From Firmicutes bacterium UBA1393 (GTDB lineage Bacteria; Bacillota; DTU025), in NCBI GenBank assembly GCA_002305255.1, contig DBQN01000065.1, positions 2,529 through 34,528 of the forward strand: DNA of 32,000 nt, written 5' to 3'. This document shows positions 31,143 to 32,000 of the stretch, piece after piece; positions within the stretch are counted from its first letter, which is position 1, and every line of letters starts with the position of its first letter. The translations under genes and the position numbers were made by a program. Below the pieces are notes generated by a model. It saw only the letters and a program-made list of their open reading frames with translations. It did not search any database and had not been told where the DNA came from.

Positions 31143-32000
31143 TTACCCGCCTTGAGATGATGATACGCGCACCAGCGCCACGCCCCGGTAGTAATGGGTG
31201 AGGATTTGATGGAAGGACCAGCCCCTGATGGCATACGCGCGGGCGCCCCACTGGCACATGCCCACGCCATGACCGTACCCGATGGTAGAGAAGTTGACTA
31301 GGTCGCCTCCGCTTGACACTGACATAGCAGTCGACCTGAGGGAGAGAGCCTTCCTGATATCCGTGGCGTTGACGTTTGTTCCGAACACCGACAGAGTCTT
31401 GGCCCTGTTTGTTGTGGTTGTCGAAGACACACGCACACCCTGCGCCAGTGCCGGTACAGCACCGCCGCTCCAGTAGGAACTGAGGGCGGCGATGAGATCA
31501 GACTGACGCACGGAGCGCTGCTCAACCTGAGCATAACCATGCTCAGCACAGACGCAGGCAGTCGGAACAAGGTATGGCACGCTTCGGCCCCATACCGCCG
31601 CCGCGTCTTCAGTGGCCCCACCGCAGCACGCGTGATATACCGCATCAATGAGCTTGCCTCCGTAATGGAGCACCATTCCGTGGGTCGCCGCTACCGCCTG
31701 TACGACTCTGACGATGTTTCGCACGTAGTCTGTGCTGCCCCATTTGCGCACCAGGTCATCGCGGGAACTCCATGCCTGGCAGCAGCCTGGATCAGAGCAC
31801 ATCAGCGCACCCATGTGGCCTGGCTTCGCCGGAGCCCCCGGGGTCTTCTGATCTTCCTCCAGCTTGCGCATGGTGTATGTGCGAGCCGCCACTGCCTGTG
31901 CTTTCAGTGCCTCCGGTTCGAAGGACGCCGGCATCTCTGACGCAACTACTCCGACAAGGTAATCCTCAAGAGCCATGGTCAGCACCCGGCCCGTGGTCTT
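31143..32000 (-). CDS. spoIID: stage II sporulation protein D (SpoIID lytic transglycosylase family), 5' end outside window
   Basis: LEDYLVGVVASEMPASFEPEALKAQAVAARTY, CCQAW, AVYHACCGGATE, GYGHGVGMCQWGARAYA, ILTHYYRG. The frame stays open upstream of the track's GTG 31985 to the window edge (KTTGRVLTMALEDY), and no N-terminal anchor is present, so this is a partial gene. Confidence 0.85.
   Translation of the reverse strand, partial: KTTGRVLTMALEDYLVGVVASEMPASFEPEALKAQAVAARTYTMRKLEEDQKTPGAPAKPGHMGALMCSDPGCCQAWSSRDDLVRKWGSTDYVRNIVRVVQAVAATHGMVLHYGGKLIDAVYHACCGGATEDAAAVWGRSVPYLVPTACVCAEHGYAQVEQRSVRQSDLIAALSSYWSGGAVPALAQGVRVSSTTTTNRAKTLSVFGTNVNATDIRKALSLRSTAMSVSSGGDLVNFSTIGYGHGVGMCQWGARAYAIRGWSFHQILTHYYRGVALVRVSSSQGG

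Noticed and set aside
1-32000. All other plus-strand ORFs of 60-312 aa (e.g. 1..408, 1739..2677, 7293..8231, 13054..13623, 14741..15406, 22712..23473, 26449..27240)
   Set aside because: Each is fully overlapped by a minus-strand gene with clear family motifs. Their translations are Arg/Pro/Ser/Ala-rich with no recognisable domains, start context or SD. This is typical of antisense frames in GC-rich DNA.
1-32000. Search for tRNA, rRNA, CRISPR arrays, IS/transposase, integrase, toxin-antitoxin or defence genes
   Set aside because: No cloverleaf-like, rRNA-like or regularly spaced repeat sequences were found, and no transposase, integrase or nuclease-helicase defence signatures in any long ORF. 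The window is a conserved envelope/sporulation core region rather than an accessory island.

Overview
GC-rich window in which every credible gene (about 24) lies on the minus strand, with short gaps or overlaps. The long plus-strand ORFs are antisense shadows. In transcription order (32000 -> 1) there are three blocks. (1) A stage II/III sporulation block in the clostridial order: spoIID (5' end outside the window), a degenerate LytM/SpoIIQ-like gene, spoIIID and a divergent mreB/mbl-like gene, followed by an S55 (SpoIVB-family) peptidase. (2) An outer-membrane (OM) biogenesis block: TamB-like, BamA, Skp/OmpH, an in-frame LptF/G-LptD fusion, LptC-like, LptA-like, an atypical ABC pair (771-aa membrane protein with a giant ectodomain plus a GlnQ-type ATPase), an LpxB-like glycosyltransferase, LptB, a DUF3084-like coiled-coil membrane protein, a 1311-aa SLH/coiled-coil/beta-barrel OmpM/SlpA-like tether, a YqgF-like nuclease, a second smaller OmpM-like barrel and an exported unknown. 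(3) Housekeeping metK and recD2, plus a partial unknown ORF. Endospore genes alongside Lpt/BAM/LpxB machinery and SLH-anchored barrels point to a diderm member of the endospore-forming Firmicutes lineage (Negativicutes/Halanaerobiales/Limnochordia type). The high GC favours something Limnochordia-like, but this is inference only. I recognised no rRNA, tRNA, CRISPR array or mobile element. The best candidates for new biology are: (a) the single 1101-aa ORF joining an inner-membrane LptF/G permease to an LptD barrel through a Pro/Thr linker and an internal signal-peptide-like segment; (b) the ABC pair whose membrane subunit combines a huge extracytoplasmic domain with only a fragment of a type-I importer permease core; (c) the OmpM-like tether with a roughly 670-residue coiled coil. 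All family calls are by-eye motif recognition. No database search was possible, and several start codons were re-picked from Shine-Dalgarno (SD) context rather than taken from the ORF track.
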